NCBI GenBank assembly: GCA_048938895.1
Contig: JBHLLU010000061.1
Coordinates: forward strand, 1 to 22,964
Source of the DNA: Promethearchaeota archaeon
Lineage (GTDB): Archaea > Asgardarchaeota > Lokiarchaeia > Sigyniarchaeales > SOKP01
Direction: 5' to 3'
Length of the DNA stretch: 22,964 nt
The notes under the pieces are model-generated. The model saw nothing but the letters and a program-made list of their open reading frames with translations, ran no database searches and was not told the origin of the DNA. Position numbers and translations under genes: made by a program. Positions 1 through 9,192 of the stretch are shown in pieces; positions within the stretch are counted from its first letter, which is position 1; each line of letters opens with the position of its first letter.

Positions 1-2579
1 CAGGAAGCTAAAGAACTTATAAGACCCTCCATTTGGAATGATTTTTTATCAATCATTAAATCATCCAGTTGCATTTCAATTTCTTTTGCCTTTTTTATCT
101 CGTCATCTAAAGTACGATAAAATTCGTTTAAATTTTTCCTCCTTCTACCATCATCTTCAGCGAAAATAACATTTTTTAAGTCTTTTTCTACTTTCCCAAT
201 AATTGGTTCTAAGATGCCAATAGATTCTTCAAATAAATTAATTCTTTTGATTAAAGCATATACTACATCTGTTTCCACTGTACCTTCCATGTAAAAATTA
301 TAAATATAGATTTCACGTGATTCTTGTCCAATTCTATCTACACGTCCGATTCTTTGTTCAAGTTTCATTGGGTTCCATGGTAAGTCAAAATTAATGATTG
401 TTCTACAGAACTGGAAATTACGGCCTTCACCTCCTATTTCAGTTGAAAGTAAGATTGAAAATCCCTGTTGATTGCGGAATTTTTCAACAGCATCATCTTT
501 TTGTTGTTTATCTAATCCTCCGTAAAATGTTTGCACGAAATATTTATTTTGTTGATTTGTTATTAATTCCTTTAAGAATTTTAAAGTATCAACAAATTGG
601 GTAAAAATTATTACTTTTTCATCGGAATTACGAGAATAAATGTTATCTAGAATTTCAATTAATTTATCAGATTTTGAATCATAAGGAATATTCTTCAGTT
701 TATTATAAAATTCTTTTAATATTTTCTCTTGATTAATTATATTGATACTTTCTTCAATTTGTTTTTCTGTTAGTTGCTCTTTCAAGTCATCAAATGATTC
801 AGAGTCAAGAAATTCTTCCTCTAATTCCAGTTCGTAGAATTCTGGATCTAGATCTTTAAAAACCTTAAAATTAAGAAAAATATCCTTATATCGCGTAATT
901 TGTTCTAATCTTCGCTCAAGACTCTTAAGGATTGCATATTTAGAGCTCGTTAAGAGTTTTTGTAGTGTAGTAATCACAAAACCCAAGCCCACATTTTCTT
1001 GGTTAATTGATGAGTTATAAATCTGGGCAAGGTATAATCGTATTTCATTGTAAATTTCCAATTCTTCCCTCGTAGGATTAACAATAATTGTATTTACAAT
1101 CCGTTTATTCAGGAATTCTTCAGTAAACACATTTTTCTTTCTATTTCTTATGATCAATTTGGATAAAGTATGATCTTGTTCAATTTTCCTAAATAAATTA
1201 AGAGTAAATGATTCATCTTTAATATCTGCCAAAATTCCTTCATTGGATTTATCTTTTTCTACATATCGTAAATCTCTTAGCAACTTAATTGTATTTTTAA
1301 CTTCGAAACTATTTAATTTATCAATGTTTTTTATGTTAGTAATTAAGAGATTAATAAACGGCATGTTTTTCCTGAAATGCTCAAATTTACTGAAAGAATC
1401 AAATATCTCTGGATGTATTAATTCAATTAAAGAATATAATTCAAATGAATGGAGCTGTAAAGGAGTAGCTGTTAATAGAAGCATACTTTCTGAAGTTGTA
1501 CTTAAATTTCTAGCCAATTTGTAGTTTAAAGTCTCTCTATATCTCCCGGTTGCTGCATTTACTAAATATCTTCTTAAGTGATGAGCTTCGTCAAAAACAA
1601 CGATATCCCAAGAAATTTTTGATAATAAATCAATATATTTCTTTCTTCGTGCAAATTGTAGTGAGCAAATAATTAAATTGTCATAATAAAATGGATTTTG
1701 AAGAATATTAATATTCTTGTAGTAACCATCTCGCTTTAATTCCTTTACTTTTCTACCATCGTAAATGGTAAAACTGATGTGAAATTTGTTTTCTAGCTCA
1801 AATTTCCATTGTTGAACCAGTGATGCGGGTACGATTATTAATATTCTTTCAGCAAGGTTTCGAGCCATCATTTCTTTTATATAAATCCCCGCTTCAATAG
1901 TTTTTCCTAATCCTACTTCATCAGCTAATAAAATTCTTGGAAAATGTTCCTCAGCTAAACGGTGTGTTACGTTTATCTGATGAGGCATTAACGATAAACG
2001 AGAATTTGTAATACATTTAATTTGATAAGAAGTATAGTAAGAATAAAATAAATGAGCCCAATATTTAAGTAAAAAATTATGAGGAGGATCGATTTGATGA
2101 TTAATAATGAGATTCTTTATTGGTGGTATATATTTCGTATAAATATCTTCTTCGTAGATTTGAACTTTTTTAGCATTCTCTTTAAGAAATTCATAAGAAA
2201 TCATTCCATCTTTTATTATGAAATCTTTAGAATTAATAATTCCAATACCCTCTTTAGTTTCAATCTTTTCATTTATTTCGAACACAAAATGAATCAGATC
2301 AATTGGATGAATGATTTTAACTATATTATTTTTAAATAAGACTTTGTATTTTCTAATAAACTGAGTATCCTCATCATCTAAGGATTTCGAGCTAGGTATT
2401 TCTATTATTTTTATTATTTTTCCTAACCCAAAATCTAAATTCAATCGATAAATTACTAAATTTCCTAAATTAAACTTCTGTCCTTGACAATAAATATTAA
2501 AACATTTGGAAAATCTTGATTCTAATTCCTTTCCACAAAAAGGACATGAATATTTAAGTGGTTTTCTATTGGTAACCAT
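1..2579 (-). CDS. SNF2/RapA(HepA)-like helicase-ATPase with N-terminal Cys4 motif; 3' end runs off the window
   Basis: Not in the ORF track because there is no stop in the window. Manual translation from the ATG at 2579 gives MVTNRKPLKYSCPFCGK..., Walker A ILLADEVGLGKTIEAG, IVPASLVQQW, DEAHH, LLLTATPLQ, STEIGGEGRNFQ and DLPWNPMKLEQRIGRVDRIGQ. The frame is open to the window edge. Confidence 0.93.
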   Translation of the reverse strand, partial: MVTNRKPLKYSCPFCGKELESRFSKCFNIYCQGQKFNLGNLVIYRLNLDFGLGKIIKIIEIPSSKSLDDEDTQFIRKYKVLFKNNIVKIIHPIDLIHFVFEINEKIETKEGIGIINSKDFIIKDGMISYEFLKENAKKVQIYEEDIYTKYIPPIKNLIINHQIDPPHNFLLKYWAHLFYSYYTSYQIKCITNSRLSLMPHQINVTHRLAEEHFPRILLADEVGLGKTIEAGIYIKEMMARNLAERILIIVPASLVQQWKFELENKFHISFTIYDGRKVKELKRDGYYKNINILQNPFYYDNLIICSLQFARRKKYIDLLSKISWDIVVFDEAHHLRRYLVNAATGRYRETLNYKLARNLSTTSESMLLLTATPLQLHSFELYSLIELIHPEIFDSFSKFEHFRKNMPFINLLITNIKNIDKLNSFEVKNTIKLLRDLRYVEKDKSNEGILADIKDESFTLNLFRKIEQDHTLSKLIIRNRKKNVFTEEFLNKRIVNTIIVNPTREELEIYNEIRLYLAQIYNSSINQENVGLGFVITTLQKLLTSSKYAILKSLERRLEQITRYKDIFLNFKVFKDLDPEFYELELEEEFLDSESFDDLKEQLTEKQIEESINIINQEKILKEFYNKLKNIPYDSKSDKLIEILDNIYSRNSDEKVIIFTQFVDTLKFLKELITNQQNKYFVQTFYGGLDKQQKDDAVEKFRNQQGFSILLSTEIGGEGRNFQFCRTIINFDLPWNPMKLEQRIGRVDRIGQESREIYIYNFYMEGTVETDVVYALIKRINLFEESIGILEPIIGKVEKDLKNVIFAEDDGRRRKNLNEFYRTLDDEIKKAKEIEMQLDDLMIDKKSFQMEGLISSLAS

Positions 2580-2649
2580 TATGTTTATATTGTATTTAAT
2601 ATGAGAAAATGTAAAAAATTTAGGATTTTAAATTAAACCTGTGTGAAAA

Positions 2650-3522
2650 ATGTCTGAAGTTGGAATTGAACCAACATTTGTAGGCAAGGATGAGAGTTTG
2701 AAGTTCATTGTTCCTCAAGAACTATTTGGGATGAGGTTACAAACTGATGACGAAATCGATAAGGAAATTTCAAAACGTTATAGTAAATATATTCAAGATA
2801 CGTTTAAAGGATTTCAAGAAGCAAGAAAAACTAAATATGGAAATGAAAACAACAAGAAAACGATAACAAATTCCAGATTTTGGGAGGAGTTTGAAAAAAA
2901 ATCAAAAGAGTTAGGAGTCGATCTCATAGGATATACGCCTATTATTGAAGAATTCATTTTTTATAATCTTAAAGTTTTTGGAAAAAATGCAATTGTGCTT
3001 GGCATGGAAATGAAATGGGAAGAAATCAAAACAGCTCCAAGCATAAATTGCAGTATTGAATCTTTCCGAGTTTATTCTGAATTAGGGGATATTACAATTC
3101 GACTGACAGAATATTTAAAGGAACAGGGATACAAAAGTGAAGCGCATCATCCATTTGGGGGAAAATTTTTATTCCCTCCTCACGCTGTTGCAGCAGGATT
3201 GGGTATTATGGGAAGGAATGGTCTTGTAATTACACCAGAGTTTGGACCTCGACAGAGATGGGCAATTATTTCCACTGATGCTGAAATACCCACTAGAACT
3301 AAAATCAACTTACAAGCATTAATAGATTATTGTAAAGACTGTGGAGCATGCGTTAGAGAGTGTAAAGGTGGTGCTGCTTTTGAAGATCCAATTTATCGTG
3401 AGAATTCTCCTGTAATAACTCATATTGATCGATCTAGATGTATTGATAGTTTGATAAATAATAATTATTGTTCCTATTGCCTAAAAGTTTGTCCCCAGGG
3501 CAACCCCAAATTCAGATTATAA
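2650..3522 (+). CDS. Reductive dehalogenase/epoxyqueuosine reductase (QueG)-like cobalamin and 2x[4Fe-4S] protein
   Basis: AAGLGIMGRNGLVITPEFGPRQRWAIISTD is the RdhA/QueG core motif. It is followed by CKDCGACVREC and C-x9-CSYCLKVCP. No TAT signal is visible. Confidence 0.8.
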   Translation: MSEVGIEPTFVGKDESLKFIVPQELFGMRLQTDDEIDKEISKRYSKYIQDTFKGFQEARKTKYGNENNKKTITNSRFWEEFEKKSKELGVDLIGYTPIIEEFIFYNLKVFGKNAIVLGMEMKWEEIKTAPSINCSIESFRVYSELGDITIRLTEYLKEQGYKSEAHHPFGGKFLFPPHAVAAGLGIMGRNGLVITPEFGPRQRWAIISTDAEIPTRTKINLQALIDYCKDCGACVRECKGGAAFEDPIYRENSPVITHIDRSRCIDSLINNNYCSYCLKVCPQGNPKFRL

Positions 3523-3598
3523 AAATCTTTCATTATCAAAATATAAACGTTATATTCAAAATAGAAATACTATTTTAATTAAACAATAACTTTCATTT

Positions 3599-6376
3599 AT
3601 GTCTGGATGTAAAATGACTGAATCTAAAGAAAAACTAGATAGAGATGAGATCAAAAGTACAGCTTCCATTGAGACTTTGAAAAGAGTAAACTCTGCTGCA
3701 AATTATTGTTATAATTGTAATCGATGTAATAATGTCTGTCCAACTGCTTATCTAGATATATTTTATCCTCGTAGTTTAATTACAGATCTTACATTTCTCA
3801 CGCCTGAAGAAGCTTTGGAAAGAAATGATATATGGAAATGTTTGACATGTGGTTTATGCTCAGAATATTGTCCAATGACAAAAGAAGAAGTGGGTGTTAA
3901 CTTTAATAAGATCATAAAGGATCTTCGTACCCTAATTTCAGACTACGAGCCTTTAAAAGAAAGATTGTTTAGCTGTAATCATGATAGAGTATATTCTAGT
4001 TTACCGAAATTAATGGCAGAAGATAAAATAAAATTTACAAATAAAACTGGTTTTTTAGAGGGAACAGGATTAAAAATAGCTAAGAATGGTGAAATTGGGT
4101 ATTTTATGGGCTGCGTACCTTTTTTAACGGGTACTGCACCATGTGTTGTAGGATGTCCTGCAGGAGTTGATGTCCAAGGTTATGTGTCATTAATTGCAGA
4201 GGGGAAATACCAAGAATCTATCGATTTAATAAGAGATAAAAATCCCTTACCGTATTTATGCGGAAGAATTTGTACTGCACAGTGTGCTTTGAATTGCAAT
4301 CGTCAATACTTTGATGATCCATTAGCAATTCGTGAACTTAAGAGATTTGTTTCTGACTGGGAAGCTGAGCATCCAAATCAAAGTAAAATAAAACCAGTAC
4401 CTCAGACGAAGGAAAAAGTAGCGATCATAGGAGCGGGACCAGGAGGTTTATCTGCTGCTTATTTTTTAGCAAGAATGGGATATAAACCGACAATTTTCGA
4501 AAAAGGAGATAAGACTGGTGGTGTGGTTAGATATGGAGTGCCACAATATAGACTTTCTGACGATGCGCTTGATCACGATGTAGATTTTATTAAGAGTATG
4601 GGTGTAGAAATAATTTTAAAGAAAGAATTCGGACCCAATTTCACATTAGAGGATATCAGGAACGAAGGATATAAGGCTGTTTTTATAGCAGTAGGTCTTT
4701 ATGTACCAAAAACGTTAAGGCTTGAAGGTGAAGATTTGCCAAACGTACATGTTGCTCTTGATTTTCTTTTAGACCGCAAATATAAATGCTCAGAAAATCC
4801 AGAAGAATTCAAAGGAAAAACTTTTGGTATTATTGGAGGTGGAGCAGTTGCTGTGGATGTTGGAGAGACTGCAGTTCGATTAGGGGCAACCAAAGTTGAT
4901 CTTGTTGATATCTTGACAGAAGAAGCGTTAAAAAATGTCCTTAAAGATTTACATGAAGCTGAGAGAGAGGTGATGGAATATCATTTTGAAACATCGACTC
5001 TCAATATTACTCAGGAACCTAATGGTAAAATAGCACTAAATTGTTATAAGATTGAATGGGGAGAGCCTGATCCTGAAACAGGTAGACGTCCTTTAAATAA
5101 AATAGAAGGCTCCGAGTTCAAAATTGTTGTTGATCATATTGTTATAGCAATTGGTCAAGGTCTCGATCCAGAACCATTAAATGCTGCTACTGCCAATAAA
5201 TTAAAATTTGAGAGAGGAAAGATTGTAGTTGATAATTTAACCTATGAAACCGGTATTCCAGGAGTTTTTGCGGGAGGAGATATCATCTATAATTCGTTGA
5301 TGTGTGCTGTCGATGCCATAGGGGATGGAAGAAAAGCTGCTTTTACAATTAATCGTTACCTAAGAGGACTTGATTTAAAAGAAGGAAGAATAAGAAAAAA
5401 TGATTTGAAGCGATCAACAATTCCAAAGAAGTATATCCTCACACAATCATGTCAAGAAATGAACTTCATGCCGGGCTCTGATAGATTAGTTTGTTTTGAT
5501 GAGATGGAATTAGGATTTTCAGAGGAACAAGCGAAAAAAGAAGCAAATCGTTGTTTAAATTGTAATTGTTGCTGCAATTCAGATCAAATTCCTGAGGATT
5601 TTGAAAAGGCTCTTGATGATTCTGGTGTAATGATTTGTGACTATGGAAGTCAAGATAATTGGAGCTCATTAAACGCTCCTGACTACTTAGAAATTCCAAA
5701 GAGAGTGATAGGTATTTTGAATCAGCATGATATTGTCCCCGTTGTAATACCTGAAGAAAAATGCTGTGGTCACGATGCTCTGTGGCGTGGAGATGTAGAT
5801 ACTTTTAAAATATTAGCTGAGTATAATGTAAAGCTGTTCAAAGAAGCAGGTGTTAAAACTCTCATATTTAGTTGCGCTGAAGGATATTACACATGGAAGA
5901 AAGAATATAAAAACCTTTTCAAGGGAACTGATGATTTTGACTTTGAAATTTATCACATCACTGAATATATTCTAAAAGAAAGGCTATTAGAAGATATGTC
6001 ATTTCCCAGTTTAGATAAAATTAAAGTTACCTATCATGATCCTTGTCGACTCGGAAGATTGAGTAAAGTTTTTGATGCACCCCGTGAAGTATTAAAACAG
6101 ATTCCTTTCGTAGAACTAATTGAAATGGAAGATACTAAGGAAAATGCAGAATGTTGCGGAGTATCAGCTTATATTTCATGCAACCAGGATTCAAAAAAGC
6201 TCCAAGAGAAGAAAATTCTTCAAGCAATTGAAACGGGAGCTGAATATTTGGTTACAGCATGCCCAAAATGCATAGCACATTTGAATTGTTATCTTAATGA
6301 AAACCGAGAGTTAAAAGATAAAATAAAAGTTATCGATATTATAACTTTCATAGGAAAATTATTATTTTTGGTTTAG
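3599..6376 (+). CDS. HdrC/HdrD-like Fe-S and CCG oxidoreductase with an internal GltD/NfnB-like FAD/NAD(P)-binding module
   Basis: N-terminal CYNCNRCNNVCP and CLTCGLCSEYCP (HdrC-like). GltD block: APCVVGCP, CGRICTAQC, IGAGPGG, GGGAVAVD, FAGGD, EANRCLNC. CCG motifs: YFMGC...EKCCG...SCAEG and YHDPC...ECCG...ACPKC. Alternative start ATG at 3614. Confidence 0.88.
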   Translation: MSGCKMTESKEKLDRDEIKSTASIETLKRVNSAANYCYNCNRCNNVCPTAYLDIFYPRSLITDLTFLTPEEALERNDIWKCLTCGLCSEYCPMTKEEVGVNFNKIIKDLRTLISDYEPLKERLFSCNHDRVYSSLPKLMAEDKIKFTNKTGFLEGTGLKIAKNGEIGYFMGCVPFLTGTAPCVVGCPAGVDVQGYVSLIAEGKYQESIDLIRDKNPLPYLCGRICTAQCALNCNRQYFDDPLAIRELKRFVSDWEAEHPNQSKIKPVPQTKEKVAIIGAGPGGLSAAYFLARMGYKPTIFEKGDKTGGVVRYGVPQYRLSDDALDHDVDFIKSMGVEIILKKEFGPNFTLEDIRNEGYKAVFIAVGLYVPKTLRLEGEDLPNVHVALDFLLDRKYKCSENPEEFKGKTFGIIGGGAVAVDVGETAVRLGATKVDLVDILTEEALKNVLKDLHEAEREVMEYHFETSTLNITQEPNGKIALNCYKIEWGEPDPETGRRPLNKIEGSEFKIVVDHIVIAIGQGLDPEPLNAATANKLKFERGKIVVDNLTYETGIPGVFAGGDIIYNSLMCAVDAIGDGRKAAFTINRYLRGLDLKEGRIRKNDLKRSTIPKKYILTQSCQEMNFMPGSDRLVCFDEMELGFSEEQAKKEANRCLNCNCCCNSDQIPEDFEKALDDSGVMICDYGSQDNWSSLNAPDYLEIPKRVIGILNQHDIVPVVIPEEKCCGHDALWRGDVDTFKILAEYNVKLFKEAGVKTLIFSCAEGYYTWKKEYKNLFKGTDDFDFEIYHITEYILKERLLEDMSFPSLDKIKVTYHDPCRLGRLSKVFDAPREVLKQIPFVELIEMEDTKENAECCGVSAYISCNQDSKKLQEKKILQAIETGAEYLVTACPKCIAHLNCYLNENRELKDKIKVIDIITFIGKLLFLV

Positions 6377-6550
6377 ATCTTTCTTTATTCTATTTTATAA
6401 TTTAATAATTCTTGATTTTACAAAATCTAAATAAGAGATTTTAAAGAAAGAGTTTTTCGGAGTTAACAAGTAACCTTTAAAATTTTGGTATTTTATTTTT
6501 AATAACTACATTCAATTCTTAATAAAAAAATAAATTAAATAGTGAAAAAC

Positions 6551-8476
6551 ATGAGTAAAACTAAAGAACTATCTGTTCCTGATGAGGTAAAAGGTTTTAC
6601 CCAAGTAAGACTTGACGTCAATTTAACTGATGGAAAAATTAGTAAATCTAAATTATCAAACGAATTCTGTCGCGATTGGATTGGAGGGTATGGTTTTGGT
6701 GCAAAGATTTTATGGGATGAATGTCCTGCTGGAGTAGATCCTTTAAGTCCTGAGAATGTTTTTGTATATGCCCAAGGTCCATTTCCCGGTACAATTTTAC
6801 CTACCTCCAGCAAATATGGTGTATTTGCCAAATCTCCATTAACTGGCATGTTCGGTATGGCAATTTCTTCTGGTTCTGTTGCTGCTCAAGCGAGACGTGC
6901 TGGAATCAATATGGTTGTAATTAAAGGTAAAGCCCCCGAACCTGTTTATATGGTTGTTGATGATGATGATTACTATTTAGTACCCTGCAAGGATACTTTA
7001 TGGGGAAAAGGATGCTGGGAGACAGAGGAACTCTTGCGTGAAGAATTTCAAGATCACCGACTTGGTATAATGGCCATAGGACCTGGAGGCGAACGTGGTG
7101 GATTTATGGGCTGTATAACTAATGATCGCAATAGACAAGCAGGCAGAACTGGAATGGGTGGCGTTATGGGCTCAAAAAACCTTAAAGCAGTATGTTTTAG
7201 AGGTACTAAAGGTATTAATGTTGCTCGGCCAGTTGAATTCTTTAAATTAGCTAAAAAACTAATAAAAGTTGCAAATGGTCCTGCCACAGCGAAATATCGT
7301 GATTTAGGTACACCAGCGGGAATCACAAGTTACAATAAACTGGGAATGATGCCTACATTTAATCACCGTGAGGGGACTTGGGATAAAGTTGATGATGGAA
7401 CCTTTACAGGAGATACACTTAATCAAGATTGGGTGGTAAAGAAAGTAGCATGTTCCCAATGTTCAATTGGGTGTGATCATATTACAAAAATTCCAAAAGA
7501 TCATCCTCACTGGCCTAATCTTTACTCTAGCATAGATCAAGAATTGTGTTATAGTTTTGGGTCTGCATGCGGTAATTATGATTGGCCATCTGTATTTAAA
7601 TGTGTCTCACTTACAGATGATCTTGGAATCGATGCTATCAGTGGGGGAGTAACTGCAGCAATGGCTTGTGAATGTTTCGAAGAAGGCATTATAACAAAAG
7701 AAGATTTAGGCTATGAATTACCTTTTGGGTCAACAGTAAACCTAGTGAAGTTCACTGAAGAAATGATTCTTGGTAAAGGTTTTGCTGGAAAGATTTTTGG
7801 AGATGGTGCACGAGAAGCAGGAAAACGACTAGAAGAAATGGGAAGAAAAAATGCAAGCTATTATGCTATGCATATAAAAGGATTAGAAATGCCCGCATTC
7901 GACGTCCATGGAATGAGTTCTTTCGCTGTAGGAATGAGTGTTTCTATTAGAGGAGCGTGTCATTTAAGAAATGGTTCATATGGTCTTGATGCTAAGGGAA
8001 ATTTTGATAGATTCGGTTATGACAAACCAGTTGAAAGAGGAGACGCAATTAAAAAATTAGAAGATATATACGCAATTATCGATTCATATATCGTCTGTAA
8101 ATTCACAAGGGGGATTTATGAAAACGATGCAGAAATGGCAAAAGTTTTCGAACTGGTAACTGGAATTCCTGTAACTGATGAATTTATAAATCTAAGAGGA
8201 GAGGCCATTGTCAATCTCTCTAAGTGCTTTAATATACGGGAAGGATGGAAGCGCGAAGATGATCATCCTCCAGAAAGATTTTTCAAGCAACCACATACTA
8301 AAGGTCCTACTAAGGGAGTCACATTGAAAGAAGAAGGATATCAAAAGGTTTTAAGCGGTTACTATGAAGCTCGTGGATGGGATACTAAAACTGGGATACC
8401 AACTGATGAAACATTGAAGAATCTTGGACTAGATTTTGTTATTGGTAAATTACAACCTGCTGGGGGTAAAAAGTAA
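6551..8476 (+). CDS. aor: Tungsten-dependent aldehyde:ferredoxin oxidoreductase family protein (AOR/WOR), large subunit
   Basis: WIGGYG, AKSPLTG, AGRTGMGGVMGSKNLKA, CSQCSIGC, DDLGIDAIS, IKGLEMPAFD, RGACHLR, YYEARGWD..GIPT. The ATG at 6551 is preferred over the GTG at 6542. Confidence 0.93.
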   Translation: MSKTKELSVPDEVKGFTQVRLDVNLTDGKISKSKLSNEFCRDWIGGYGFGAKILWDECPAGVDPLSPENVFVYAQGPFPGTILPTSSKYGVFAKSPLTGMFGMAISSGSVAAQARRAGINMVVIKGKAPEPVYMVVDDDDYYLVPCKDTLWGKGCWETEELLREEFQDHRLGIMAIGPGGERGGFMGCITNDRNRQAGRTGMGGVMGSKNLKAVCFRGTKGINVARPVEFFKLAKKLIKVANGPATAKYRDLGTPAGITSYNKLGMMPTFNHREGTWDKVDDGTFTGDTLNQDWVVKKVACSQCSIGCDHITKIPKDHPHWPNLYSSIDQELCYSFGSACGNYDWPSVFKCVSLTDDLGIDAISGGVTAAMACECFEEGIITKEDLGYELPFGSTVNLVKFTEEMILGKGFAGKIFGDGAREAGKRLEEMGRKNASYYAMHIKGLEMPAFDVHGMSSFAVGMSVSIRGACHLRNGSYGLDAKGNFDRFGYDKPVERGDAIKKLEDIYAIIDSYIVCKFTRGIYENDAEMAKVFELVTGIPVTDEFINLRGEAIVNLSKCFNIREGWKREDDHPPERFFKQPHTKGPTKGVTLKEEGYQKVLSGYYEARGWDTKTGIPTDETLKNLGLDFVIGKLQPAGGKK

Positions 8477-9031
8477 ATGTCAAAAGCAACCAAGAAGAGA
8501 GGGGGAGTAGTACACCAATTTATTATTGTGGATCCCAATTTATGTACGGGATGTGAAACATGCGAATCTGTTTGTTCTTTCGTTCATGATGGTGAGTTCA
8601 ATCCAATCAATACTAGAATACATAGAGTTAGAATCGAACCAATTATGAATGTTGCGTTAGCATGCCAAAAATGCGACGATGCCCCATGTGTACGTAGCTG
8701 TCCTGAAAAAGCTTTAGAACAAGATAAAAAAACAGGTTCTATAATCGTAGACGATGAAAAGTGTAATGGGTGTGCATTTTGCATCAGAGCATGTGATTTT
8801 GGAGTTTTAAGCCTTCACATACAATCTCAAAAGGCTTTGATTTGTGATCTTTGTGAAACAATGAAAGATGATTACATCAATGAAGAAAGGGGGGAAAAAT
8901 ATCCTGCCTGCATTGATTTATGTCCAAAAGAAGCCATTTCATTGAAAGATGTAGAACAAATTGGTGAAGAGAAGCGTATTGATGCTGTAAAGCGCCTTTT
9001 TGGGGATATTTTGAAAGAAACTGAAGCATAA
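8477..9031 (+). CDS. Polyferredoxin-type 4Fe-4S subunit (DmsB/CooF-like), probable small subunit of the upstream AOR
   Basis: CTGCETCESVC, CQKCDDAPCVRSCP, CNGCAFCIRAC, CDLC...PACIDLCP. Its ATG directly abuts the aor stop (TAA-ATG at 8474-8479). Confidence 0.9.
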   Translation: MSKATKKRGGVVHQFIIVDPNLCTGCETCESVCSFVHDGEFNPINTRIHRVRIEPIMNVALACQKCDDAPCVRSCPEKALEQDKKTGSIIVDDEKCNGCAFCIRACDFGVLSLHIQSQKALICDLCETMKDDYINEERGEKYPACIDLCPKEAISLKDVEQIGEEKRIDAVKRLFGDILKETEA

Positions 9032-9066
9032 ATTTCTTTTTATTTTTTCTTTTTTCTATTATTTTT
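9032..9066 (+). terminator. Archaeal-type oligo-T terminator
   Basis: Several T5-T6 runs immediately after the TAA at 9031. Confidence 0.5.
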
Positions 9067-9192
9067 GGGTTTCAAAATACCAGCCTTTAATCGATTAAAT
9101 TTAGAAAGAGATCATATCAAGGGAATAAAAGAAAGATTAAAATAGTTCTTTAATTCTTTAATTAAATTACTACATAATGGTGATTAAAAAAT

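Noticed and set aside
398-2339. Plus-strand ORFs 398-604, 1243-1524 and 2079-2339
   Set aside because: They are antisense shadows of the SNF2 helicase with no recognisable motifs.
6551-8476. AOR1 as BamB (class II benzoyl-CoA reductase)
   Set aside because: It keeps AOR-type KGLE and RGACH motifs, and I do not see the BamB-type W-ligating Cys or His/Glu proton-relay segment. Only the gene-set architecture is similar.
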